Shown here: positions 1-12,106 of the stretch, one piece after another
How positions within the stretch are numbered: the stretch's first letter is position 1
Layout of the letters: each line of letters opens with the position of its first letter
Origin: Eledone cirrhosa
Taxonomy: Eukaryota
DNA length: 64,000 bases
Assembly (NCBI GenBank): GCA_964016885.1
Contig: OZ024740.1
Span: 154,008,001 to 154,072,000, forward strand
Reading direction: 5' to 3'
Translations under genes and position numbers: made by a program
The notes under the pieces: model-generated
Seen by the model: only the letters and a program-made list of their open reading frames with translations
Databases searched by the model: none
What the model was told of the DNA's origin: nothing

Positions 1-1134
1 TAACGAGCTAATGCAAACGGTTCAGCGAACTATTCAAAACAACTGTACACAATAGAACAGATTTAAGAAATCAATCAAAGTATTTGTGTTGATGATGATG
101 ATTAGGATGATGGTGATAAGGAGGAGGGGGAGGAGGAGAAGGAAGAGGAGGATGAAATGATGATGATGATGATGATAGGAGGGTGAAAAACGACAATGAG
201 AAGAATGATTAAACAAGGAACTGTATTCTGACAATCCTTTGTTTCTCTCTCTCTGTCAGTCTCTCTCTCTCTCTCTCTTCCACTCTCCCTCCCCCACTTT
301 TCCCCCTCTCTCTCTACATGTCTCACAATATGTGTATATATGTGCCTATATGCATGTGTGTGTAAACCTATATATATATATAATATATATATATAATATA
401 TTTATATATATACACACACATATGTATGAATATATAAATCTGTGTATATGCATGTGTGTGTGCGTGCCTGCGTGCGTGTATTTGGGTGCAATGAGTGCTT
501 TAGAGAAAAATGTTCCTAGCAAAACGAGTTCGCCAGCCAGTTTTAAGTTTCAGCTCAAGGCAATTCATATAATTTAAACCCCTAATGTCCTTAAGAAATT
601 GCACACATAAATATAAAATGTCAGTTATAAAAACCAGTACTAAGAACAATCGTTTCAAATTCTTCTACAAAATCTGCACGACTTAAAGAAAAGTTATAAT
701 GGATTACGCAAACACTGTTTAATAACATATTTCCAGGCACGTTAGTTGGCCAATGTACACAGAAATTCTGAAATAAATCAAGTCACTGAAAAGGAACAAC
801 AGGTATGCTGTCGAGTAAAAATACACAATATACTCATAAAGTATACTACATGCAGCAAATGAACACTGATTATAAAACTGATGAATGTTTCCCCATAAAA
901 TGTATAAAACTGAATACAGAATGTATCAACTTTATCCATAAATAAATATTTAAAATATAGGCACAACACCAGAAATTTGTGAGAAGAGAAACAGTTGATT
1001 ATATCGATCTCTCACTAAGAATGAAAAGCAAGACCTCAGTGGGAATTAAATACTGAACGTACAGAGCCCGACACTCTAACGATTCGGCTACTACACCACC
1101 CTATTTGTATTTTTATTATTAATATACATGACGG

Positions 1135-1875
1135 TGTTAAAATTCCGCTGAGTTAGTTTTGCCTTCCATCCTTACAGGGTCAATAAAATAAAGTACCAGT
1201 AACGCACGGGGCTCAATTTTAGTTGGGGTCGATTTAAGACTTTCCTCTCTCCCAAAATTGTTGGCCTTGTGCTTAAATCAGAAAGCATTATTTATATATA
1301 TATGAGGGCGGTGAATTGGCAGTATCGGTAGAGGGTCGGATGCCATGCTTTCTAGCATAGTTACGTCCCTTTACAGTCTGAGTTCAAATCCCGCCTTTCA
1401 AATAACTTTGCCTTTCATCCTTACGGGGTCGATAAAATAAAGTACCAGTAATGTACTGGGTAATTGCTGACTTTGTACCTAAAGTAGAAACAATTATTTA
1501 TATAGATGGATGAGTTAAAATTCCACAGAGGTTAACTTTGCCTTTCATCCTTCCAGTGTTAATAAAATAAATACCGGTGAAATACTGGAGTCGAATTAAT
1601 CGACTTAACCCTATTCCAATATTGCTGGCCTTGTACTTAAGTTAGAAATATTTATTCATATAAATATAAGGGGACAGTGGATTAGCAGACTCGTTTGAGC
1701 GTCGGATAAGTGCTTAGTAGCTCTTTACATTCTGAGTTCAAATCCCGCCCAGGTAAGCGTTGCTTTTCATTCATCTGGGGTAGATAAAGTACCAGTAGAG
1801 TACTACTCGATTTAATCGATTTTCTATTCCTCTCAAATTGCTGACCTTGTGTCTAAGCTAGAAATAATTATTAAT
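1135..1875 (+). mobile_element. Head-to-tail array of about 4 tRNA-derived SINE copies (Nin/Deu-domain-like core, ATT/AT tail)
   Basis: Repeated units with A-box-like TGGCAGTATCGG (1317), B-box GAGTTCAAATCCC (1380, 1734), core TTTGCCTTTCATCCTTACGGGGTCGATAAAATAAAGTACCAGT and 3' end GCCTTGTGC..AA..AGAAA+(ATT)n. A decayed minus-strand copy lies at ~985-1105. Confidence 0.8.
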
Positions 1876-4247
1876 CTAAATGATCAATGGTGGAGCCCCA
1901 ACATGGCTTCAGCTAGTAGGTTGAGACACGTAAAAAAATAAAAGAGTAGCATAAAAAATTACACTAAAAGGCTGTACGCAAGTTCAAATTGACTGCTACA
2001 AAATTTAATTTGTAGTTAGTGAAATTTATCATTTTTTTACTTTAGCAACCATACTATATATTCCCATAATATGACTAAAATTGGTAACTTATCTTCAGGA
2101 ATATAATGATGTAGACAAATATACCAATCGGATGTCATTATGTGAGTCATATAAAACATTTGGTGTTCTTTTGTTATCCAGTTTTTACATATGATTTATT
2201 CAATGTTTATGACAAATCCCTGCTCTTTGCACCAATAATATCCGCAGGTGGGAATAATAATGCAATAATCAGCTCAAACAGATATCTTGCTATTATGGTC
2301 AGCTGATTCAACTAATGGGGTGCAAGGAAATCTTTTAAAAAGCCTAATTGCATTTTGAAGTGAAATTAAAAGCTTGATGGGCTTGTACGAAAAATAATCT
2401 TGATGTTCTGAATGTAACCATGGACAACAAGCTCTATAACAGTGTTGAATAGAAGTATGTAGCTTTAACTTTAAAATCACAAACAATCTGATTACCTATA
2501 TTTTACAAAGCACAAATACGAAGCATAACAGCATTGGCCTATCTAACCTGAATTGATTTTTCACAAACTATTTTTAATTAAACCCAAAATAACGCCACAG
2601 AATCAGCGTAATTCTTGAACGTGATGCTATTAAAACTGTGTCAGGAAAGTTTACATTACACTTGAGAAGTCACTATAAACACAATACTCCGAGTAATTAA
2701 ACGCAGGGGTTTATTATTTATTTTATATATTTCATCTGTGTACAATATTGTATAACTACTTGGTGAATCCACGGTGAAGTGTTCAACATGTTTGCCAATG
2801 TAGTAATGGTAGAATCATTAGTGGGATCTAATATGTGTAAAACATATCTGAAAGTTTCTTTCGTACTTACCGAAATGTAATAATTTATAGTAATCAATAT
2901 TATTGATTAACATAATGTTGCATATTCCTCGCCGTATATATATATATTGGCTCCAATGACATGTATTTTCTTCACCGCATAAGTATTTTAATGCAAATAA
3001 ATCGAAGTTTAAAGCTCTGAACTTTTGACAGAATTATCGAAGAGCTATAGCTCGAAATATCGGCGTGTTTCCCCCATTACAGCAACCTAACGTACTGAAA
3101 TTCACCAAAATATCCTGGATATACTACAACAGCCATTACCAACACAAACCCACACAGGTTTTCTTAGCATCTGGAATTTATCTTTACAGTAGTTAAATTC
3201 ACGAATTTTACAAATACCATATAAATACAATTCAATTGTATGTTGTATGCTAGATTGATCTTCATATTAAGTTAATTTACTGGCTTTCAGACTTGTAGTT
3301 CTGCTGTGGCAGAGAACATTTATAATTTTCGTGTTCTTGTGATATATTCTTAGTTAAATATTATAATGTGATGCGTGGTATTTTGTTCTTTGTTTAGCAA
3401 GAGTTTCCTTTCATAACAATATTAATATATTCTATTAATTTGAGTTCATTTGGTTCATATAATACACTACATTTGTCATTCGTATTTATATTTGTGGTGT
3501 AAATTATTTTATGTTTTGCCATTTAAGTTTACATATTCATTCAAACATCCATTATTGAATAACATGGTTTTTATCATATTAATAATGTCTTTGTATAATA
3601 ATGCATTTGTGAAGGCGGATCTACATTTCTATCAGAAGAGATTTTATCACTGAGTATTTTGAATTATCATCTTACATGCACAAGCATTGTTGTTATGGCT
3701 ACAAGGTCAATGGATTGTTAGATTCATTAGAGCGCCGGAGAAAAGTCTTTGCTATAATTGTTTTGGTTTTTTTTTTATCTGCTGTGCTCAAATACCAACG
3801 AAGTCGAACTTGTCTTTTATTATTTCGGAACCCATAACATAATGTACCAGTTATGTAGTGAGGTTGATAGAATCGACTAACGCCTTCGCACAAATTTGTG
3901 GTTTTGTGTCTATGTTATAAACAATTATTATTGTTGTTGATGGTGAGTATTAGCTCCAGGCCATTCCTCATAGAACAGATTTTTTATCACAGGCACACCA
4001 GCCTTGACCATCCCGTCTGTTCTGCGGGAGGTGCTATTTAGAATTACATTATCTAATGTGTTCTTTTTTAATTAAAGTGGTTAGATGTTTTTTTAATGAA
4101 ATTTGGCTACTATTTCTGGTAGATCCAACCTCCATGGGCTCCCTCACCTGTTCGATGTGTTTGAGTATTATGTATGGTGGTTGGGCTTCTCTATTTTTTA
4201 AAATCTATATTCATTTCTATATTTACATATATTTGTATCTATATTTT

Positions 4248-4360
4248 AGCCGTGTAGTTAAGAATTTTGCAGTCTCGTGGTTCTAGCTTCCCTCACACTG
4301 CGCGGCACATTGGGCAACTGTATTTTATCATAAAACTGTATCGACCTAAGCTTTATTAGT
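4248..4360 (+). mobile_element. Degenerate CORE-type SINE fragment
   Basis: tRNA-like head (GTGTAGTTAAGAA..GGTTC) followed by CTGCGCGGCACATTGGGCAACTGT, resembling the CORE motif CCTTGGGCAAG. A similar relic lies at ~59665-59800. Confidence 0.4.
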
Positions 4361-5289
4361 AATGATGTATGAACTGTACCTGGAGAGCCGTGGTTTCTTC
4401 CTCTGTCTCCGTTTATAAACCCTAAATATAGTTTGGATGCTGGCCTTCCTATTCTGATTAAGCCGTAAAAACATAATTATAGAATTACCATAAGATTTAA
4501 CCTGAACTAGATTTTTGCTATTGTTTGACCTCAAAAAACCCTTGTCGTGCATATATATGATCAACGGAATTCCAGCTGTGGCCATCCTTATTGCATTTAG
4601 ATATAGTATGATCTAGAACTATACCAATCGAATGTCCTTTACAAATATAATGGCAAGGTATGAATTGAGTGGGTTTGGATGGTATTTCAAGTAAATCAAC
4701 TGACCACATAGTGGGTAACTCGTTAACTTATTGTCTGTCTGCTCGATAAAGTTACTCAATCTGGTCTAAATTAGGTTTTTATAGTTATTTTTTCTTACCC
4801 CAAAATAACCTTATTCGGGTAAATATATGAGAAATAACATCCACCCCACTCGTGATATATCCTATTTTTAGGTAGTGTTTCTTTACCTAATAACGTGTCT
4901 TGTAATCTGAGGAATATTTAGCTGCTATTTCCAACAAATCAACCCTGATAGCGCAAAGTTCGATTAAAAATCAAAAGTGGAGAATTTTACAATTTTAAAA
5001 CGTTATCTCTGTTACACAAATAAATAAATAAATAAACGGTTGAATCGATAAACCAATACCATTTTAAATGTCTTCACCCAGAAGATAAAACTAGGAAAGG
5101 CCTTGAAACATCCATAAGCAAAGAAGCAAATACGAAAATACCACAACAAACAAATAAATAAATAAATATAATAAGATAAAAACAGAAAAGATATATCTTC
5201 AGGAAGAAAAATATTTGTATGTACGTTTAAAGGAAAAGCTGTTCCCTATCCCAAATATATATATGTTTTTTTCTCTCTCCATCTCGCTC

Positions 5290-5590
<301 letters not shown>

Positions 5591-5713
5591 AAACTTAATC
5601 TGTTATTTTAATAAATGTTTGCTCTATGGTTCTTATATATTTGATATATATATATATCCTTATCGAGCCCTCTTTCGATGTTAGTCTTCACATTTATTAT
5701 TATTACTATTATT

Positions 5714-8700
5714 GTTCTTTGAGTCTCAGTCATTGATGTTATTTAACTGGAAAGTTTGTTGAAATGAATATCAAGCCGCTACCTGCAGCCTCAGATATTC
5801 AGGACGTATCGGAGGTTCTTGCTGTGCCTAGCAAGCATGCCTTTTGAAGTGTTCCAAAAAGCGGGGCTGAACTAACTTTCTTTAACCATCCTTGGAAACT
5901 CTTTGAGATAGTACCTAGTGCGCCTATGACAATCGGGACGACTCTGACTTCATGGCAGTTCCAAATCCTTTTTATCTCCCAGTTTAAGTCGTGGTATCGG
6001 TTAAGTTCCCCCCTCTCCTTTTCTTGCACTCTCGTGTCAAATGGGCAGGCTACATCTACAATCAGGCACGATCTTTTATCCTTGTCCAAAACCACCAGGT
6101 CAGGTCTATTGTTTTCCAGTTTCTTATCCGTCTGTATGCTAAAATCCCATAGCACCTTCACCTGATCGTTTTCTATCACCGACTCTGGTTTATGCTCATA
6201 CCACTTCTCAGAATGTGGTAAATTGTTTACTTTGCATAGGTGCCAGTGGATCACCCTGCCCATCACATCATGTCTCCAGCCTTTATAGTGAGTCTGGGCT
6301 AGGTGTTTACACTCGGATATGTGAGCCACAGTCTCCTCTCTCTCTCCACAGGTCCTACACAGTGGGCTAGCCTCCACCTTGTAAATATGGTGTTTCACCC
6401 ACTTCGTTTTGAGTGCTTGCTCTTGCGCAGCCATTAGCATCCCTTCTGTAACCTTTTTAAGGTCTCCTCTTCTCTTTTTAACCAGTTCCATGTCTGTGGA
6501 TCTCTAAATTCAGTTTTCTCAAAGAAGATACTATCAAGGGATTTTTCATGAAGGTTGGTCTTCCTCCTTGTTATTTCCTCCTTGGACATCCCCTGGCCTA
6601 TTGTTCTCTCCTTCAGTACAATTATGAGCATTGGCTCCCTACTGTCGGTCACGTATTTGTGCAGGTTGTTTTTCTCCATCTGAACACAGTCCTCTATGCT
6701 GATAAGACCTCTTCCACCTTCAGATCTCTTTAAGTAGAGTCTATCGACATCACTTCTCTTGTGGAACATGTTGTAGATAGTCAATAGCTTTCTAGTCTTC
6801 CTATCCATTTCTTTTTGTTCAGCAACATTCCATTTCAGAATTCCCGCACTGTACCTAATAATAGACACAGCTCGGGAATTCACTAAACTTATGACATTCC
6901 TAATACGCTTCTTGCTCTCCTAATGTACTCAGATCTTATCAATTCCTTCATTTTTTTGTTCTAGATATCAACTGCCTCCAGAACACATAAATATTTGTAT
7001 CCTTCTTCAGTGTCAATTTCCTTTATCATCTCACCTGTTGGTACCTGGATTCCGTTGCTTCTGCTCAATTTACCCCTCTTCATCACTAGAACTCTACACT
7101 TATTAATCCCAAATTGCATACATATATCACTGCTGAAAATACGGACAGTGTCAACGAGTACATCCAACTTCTTCTCACTCTTCCCAAAGAGTTTAAGATC
7201 GTCCATGAAGAGGAGGTGGTTGATGGTAAGCTCTCCTTTCCCCAACTTGTATCCTGCTCTCACTTTTCGCAATATAATGGTCAGGGGTATCAGGGCAAGG
7301 ACAAACAACAGAGGGGACAGACTATCTCCCTGGAAGATACCTCTCTTGATCTTCACGCCTCCCAAGGATTCTCCACCCGATGTTAATTCTGTTTCCCAGG
7401 ACTTCATACTTTTGCTCAACAACTGTCTGATGTTATCTGCCACCTTGAAGATCTCTAGGCTTTTGGCTATCCAAGAATGAGGTAGCATGTCGAATGCCTT
7501 TTTGTAGTCTATCCATCCCATGGCAAGACCAGTGTGTCTCCTCTCGCAATTCCTCATTACCATCTTATCAATAAGTAGCTGGTCTTTTGTACCACAGGAC
7601 TTATTTCGGCATCCTTTCTGTTCGTCCGGTAACAAGCTGTTTGTGTGGAGGTGATGGTAGATTTCCTCAGACACAATGCTTGTTAACAGTTTCCACATTA
7701 CGGAGAGACATGTGATAGGCCTATAGTTGGTAACATGATTACCCTTGATTCGGTCTTTCATTACCAGGACTGTGGTACTCTTTGTCAACCACTCTGGCAC
7801 CTCACCCAACATCAAGCAGTCATTGAACATGGTTGTCAGTTTCGGGTGGAGGGATGTTATATTTTTAATCCAATACCCCTGCACACCATCTGGGCCTGGT
7901 GATTTCCAGTTGGTTAGTTTTCTGGCCTGCCCTTTAAGAGTTTCAACTGTGATATTTAAATCAGTTTGTTGGTGTGCTTGTTCACTAATCTCCTTTTGTA
8001 CTGTCTCAATCCACACTGCCTGATCATTATATTCAACATCCTGCTCCCATATTCCTCTCCAGAATGTCTTAGTCTGTTCCGCCTCAGGGATCAAGTCGTT
8101 GCCTCTTTCTTTTCCTTCAAGCTGCCCAAACAACATCTTCTGGTTGTTGTCAAACATGCGGTTCTATTTATACTGACTGACTCTGCTCTCATACCGCCTA
8201 ATCTTTGCACTCTTTGCTACAATGCGTTGCTTCAGCTCCTCCATGATAGTATTTAGCTTTTTCCTCCTAGTTTTGTACTTTATTTCCAGTCTATTTTTAG
8301 TGTCTATGTTTTGAAGTGTCCCATTCAGTAGGGACTCAAACTTTCCAATGTCATTTCTCATTTCCCTAATTTGACCATTCAGTCATTTCTTCCACCAAGG
8401 TTTTGATCTTTCTTGTTTGTTGTTTCCTCTCGTTTTATGCCAAGTAATTTCCCCACCGCATTTGCTGTTGCTTTCAGGATATTGTTGCACTGGTGAAGGT
8501 TCCTCGCCTCAAGGTATGGGATGACTTTGTTTACCTTAACTGTTGTTTCTTTTAACTTTTTCCTGTCTACAAATCTTAGGTTCATCGGTTTCCCACTATC
8601 ATTGTTCATTTCATCTACCACTAAGTTTAGGATATCAACCAAATCTTGTCCTAGCCCGTCAGCATTCATTTCCTCAATGGCCGTATCTTTGATCCAGATG

Positions 8701-9320
8701 TTATTTATGTCAGCATTCAGATCATTGTCTGCTTCAGATGCTTCCTCCGATCTCTCAACCTCTTCACATTCATTTCCCACTCGCTCGTTTGCCTGAAATT
8801 CTCCACTCTCCATTTCCAACCTAATCTCTCTTCTCAGTTCCTCCAGTTCCAACTCGCTTATCCATCCATTAGTTCTTATTACCCGGGCCTGCCCGGCCAA
8901 TTTTTGTTCATCTAATTTAAATAGGCCAATCTCGTTCCAGATGTTATGCATCTGTTTCCTATAGCCTTTTTCCTTGGGGTTACTCATCAGGTAACATTGC
9001 ATAACAGTTCTATTCAATTCTTTCGTCCAGTTGGTTCTGGTCCCTTTCCTTCTTTTTCTTCCTCCAACACCATCAGTATTTGGATGACAGCCAGGTCCCT
9101 GCTGCTGGGCTAGGGAGCACCTGCTGGGTGGGAGTCTGTCACATGACGTTCCAGTCCCCACTTCACCGTTATTCGAACTGTTTAGGTTCGACATTTAAAC
9201 ACTCATATCGAGGATTGGTGAATGTATGGTTACATAACCACCGGTAATTTCATCACCCCCAGTGATTTCATCACCCCCGGTGATTTTAGCGTGGCACCAT
9301 CACGCTGTAGACGAACATAA
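5714..9320 (-). mobile_element. R4/Dong-clade non-LTR retrotransposon (Dong-A copy 1), near full length; the 5' end may extend to ~9590
   Basis: Single broken ORF with N-terminal Myb-like motif (RTNWTKELN..VMQCY..GYRKQMHNIW), RT motifs (KSPGPDG, NYRPITCL, DYKKAFD, GIFQGDSLSPLLF, LFMDD), CCHC finger (CRTCGEREETVAHISEC), RHD and PD..D restriction-like endonuclease (RPDLVVLD..IVDVACP). The 3' end joins (TAA)n at 5695-5713. Confidence 0.92.
5791..9194 (-). pseudogene. Disrupted RT + REL endonuclease ORF of Dong-A copy 1
   Basis: ORF-track pieces 8379-9194, 8164-8361, 6961-8157, 6434-6883 and 5799-6491 are collinear parts of one protein, split by stops and frameshifts. Confidence 0.9.
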
Positions 9321-9596
9321 ATAAATAAACAAATAAATAAATAAAAACTTAAAAAAATAAACATAAGTTTCATTGTAATGTTTGAATGTCTGACTTAGTT
9401 TTTTTTTTTGTTTGTTGGTTTTTTTCCTTTGCGTTTTTCGTTTTTCAGTAACATTGGTTACTAGTGTTGTTGTTGTTGCTGCTGCTGCTAAGGGAAGTAT
9501 GGGTTGTTGTGTTCAAAACTTTTGAAATTTGTGTTTGTTGTTGCGTTTGCTTCTGTCTGTGTTCTGTTCTATAATTTTTCGACTTGTCGCTTATCA

Positions 9597-9700
9597 TTTG
9601 GCAGTATCGGTAGAGTGTCGGACACCATGCCCTGAAGCACAGAGCTACGCCCCCTTACGGTCAGAGTTTTAATCCCGCCGACGGTAACCCCGCCCCTCAT
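9597..9700 (+). mobile_element. 5' half of the tRNA-derived SINE
   Basis: TGGCAGTATCGGTAGAGTGTCGGACACCATGC...GAGTTTTAATCCCGCCGA matches the SINE at 47098. Confidence 0.7.
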
Positions 9701-9940
9701 CTTTTTTATTATTATTATTATTATTGAATGCTATGGTTGACGGAGGCTCGGCTCTGTAAGGTATTGTAAATTTTGACCGCTATAACAATTGTAAATTGTT
9801 TAAAACTTTAACCAACTTGTAGACAAAAACATCCTCCTCCTCGTGAGAGGGGTCTTTCTGCCCGTTATTTGGCCCTTCGGGGTTAAATAACTGCTTATTG
9901 GGGTTTTGTGCCCAATATTTATTTTAAACAAAAAAACAAC

Positions 9941-10311
9941 ATGGCTACGAAAAAGAATTTTCATAGGTCACTCCCACTCATTCCGTCTTCTTCTTCCTCA
10001 ATCGTCACTACAGCAGAGAGAAGATTGTCTCTCTCCCTCCCTTCTTTAAATGTGTCTCTCTCCCTCCCTTCTCTTTCGCAAGCGACGACAGAAAAGAAAA
10101 ATCTCGTGCAAAGCGTGCAAGATTTCTCCACGACAACGACGACAACGACGAAACAGGTGTGCAGGAAATACGAAAACCCATTTCATTCGTCTGACGTCAG
10201 GAATAATAGCAGTAGCAGCCGTAATAACAACAGCAACGGTGACAAGGAAAACAACAGTAGCAGCCGCAACAGCATCAGCAGCAGCATAAACAACAGCATT
10301 AGCAGCAACAA

Positions 10312-10356
<45 letters not shown>

Positions 10357-12071
10357 CAACAACCACAGCAACAGCGGCGCCGGCAGTAGTCGTAGTGCCT
10401 GCAGCAACAACAAAAGTAACAGCAGCTCTGACGACAACAACAACAACAGCAGCAAAGAAAAACCAATCTCGTTTGCAGGTATCGCAAAGAACCTGGAAAC
10501 CATCCTCATAACAAATGAGGAATTAGAGGAAGCGAAGAAGATGGTGACAAAAACTGGACACCGAGCAATTTGCAAGGCAGCGGAAAAGTTTTTCGAAACC
10601 CAACAGCACTGTACGGTAACGTACCGTACAGTAAGTACAAAATCCCGTAGGGTTGAAAGAGCCACAGAGGCTCAAATACAAAAAGCCTTGGGGTCTGTGT
10701 GGCAGCGGAAAACGCACATCACCCGAGGTAAGAAATATGCCACCGTAGACGTACTTTTTGCCACACCCCAGGAGGCAAAGGCTCAATCCTTAGTAACCCT
10801 AAGGAGCGAGGAAATGGTATTGGTGCCCTCCTACAGCGGGCAAAAAATTGTGAGGGTCAAACTGACCCCCCCCCCCCCGGGATGGCCCCTTCTTGGCTGG
10901 CCGCGTCTGTCCTCGTCGGAATCGAGGACAAAACAACTGTACTGTACAGAAAAAAGTAAGAGAAGATTGGGTCCGCACCTCCATTGAGACGTTAAACCAA
11001 ACCAACCAGGAGTGCATCGAAGCTATCCCGGATGTGATAGACTTCGATAACGGCACTCAACTGCCCATAAGTGTTGAGGGCAAACGCCCAAAATGCTTTC
11101 GCTGTGGATCGAAGACTCACCTCAGGGCCTTCTGCAACGAGAAGACTCTGAGAAAGGAGAAAACCCCCCTCCTTCCGAAACCGGCTCCACGGCTACCAGC
11201 AACAGGACAAGCGGCAACCAGGAACGATAGGTCCGTGGCACCCATACCCACGCCACGGAAATCAAAAACAGCAGAAGCATTGGAAGTATTAACAACAACA
11301 ACAGCAATACCAAATGCAGCTGCAACAGAGACTCCAGTGCAAACATCACCAACAACAACAAGTGAAAGAGTGGAGCTGGTACCCCTCCCCGACCTCACAG
11401 AATCAGACATGGAGTGTGAGGTGGGAGAGGGATGGCAAAAGGTCGTAAGAAGGCACAAACGCAGAAGCAGCGCATCGTCGCCTTCGAAAAGGGAGGAAAG
11501 AAATGAAAAAAGGGTAAAGGCTACTGCAAAGTGACTCACAGCAGCAACACCACCAACACCATCACCACCCACACTAGCACCACCATCACCACCGGCGACA
11601 ACCCCACCGCCAACAACACCTTCAACACCACCACCACAAGCACCAACATCGCAAACACAACAAAACACACACACACAGCAACAACGACAAGAAAATAGCA
11701 GAACCACACCCCACCCCCAGAAAAACAAATGCACGGCAATAAATACACACAACAAGAAACTAATGACTTACATAATTGAACACACAGACATTTCACAACA
11801 CGACTACATAATACCAGCACCAATCAAAACGCCAACTAACATAAGATTGCTAAAAATAGCACAGAAACAATACACAAACATTAAAACGAAATTCCCCAAC
11901 CCAGTTGGTGATTTCAGAGACCTAGGAGGGACCCTCAATCGAAGTGTATATTCGGACATACTCATAGAAGAGACGACGATCAGCCGAAGGGACGATTCAA
12001 CGGTCCCTTCACCAGACGATCAAGTGAAAAGGGGTGGAAAAACCATCCCTCCTCTACGAAAAGTACGGTAA
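9941..12071 (+). pseudogene. ORF1 (gag-like) of Tx1-A1
   Basis: S/N-rich N-terminus, RRM-like middle, CX2CX4HX4C knuckle (CFRCGSKTHLRAFC), WQKVVRRHKRR basic motif, P/T linker and C-terminal domain. Frameshift near the poly-C at ~10870 and in-frame TGA at 11532. Confidence 0.8.
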
Positions 12072-12106
12072 GTGGTCTTTCCCATCTTTTAAATTCTATT
12101 TTAAAC

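Noticed and set aside
1135-1875. CRISPR-like repeat array
   Set aside because: Eukaryotic context, and the units are ~190-bp SINE copies without unique spacers.
2085-2147. Possible 43-nt exon (TTCAG|...|GTGAGT) with faint similarity to 4600-4640
   Set aside because: No partner exons and no recognisable protein. Chance in AT-rich DNA cannot be excluded.
3030-3066. GAGCTATAGCTC-GAAA hairpin as a hammerhead
   Set aside because: No CUGANGA core and no stem I.
11117-11755. Antisense ORFs over Tx1 ORF1 (also 19146-19667)
   Set aside because: The CA-rich sense strand lacks antisense stops by composition, and there is no independent evidence of coding.
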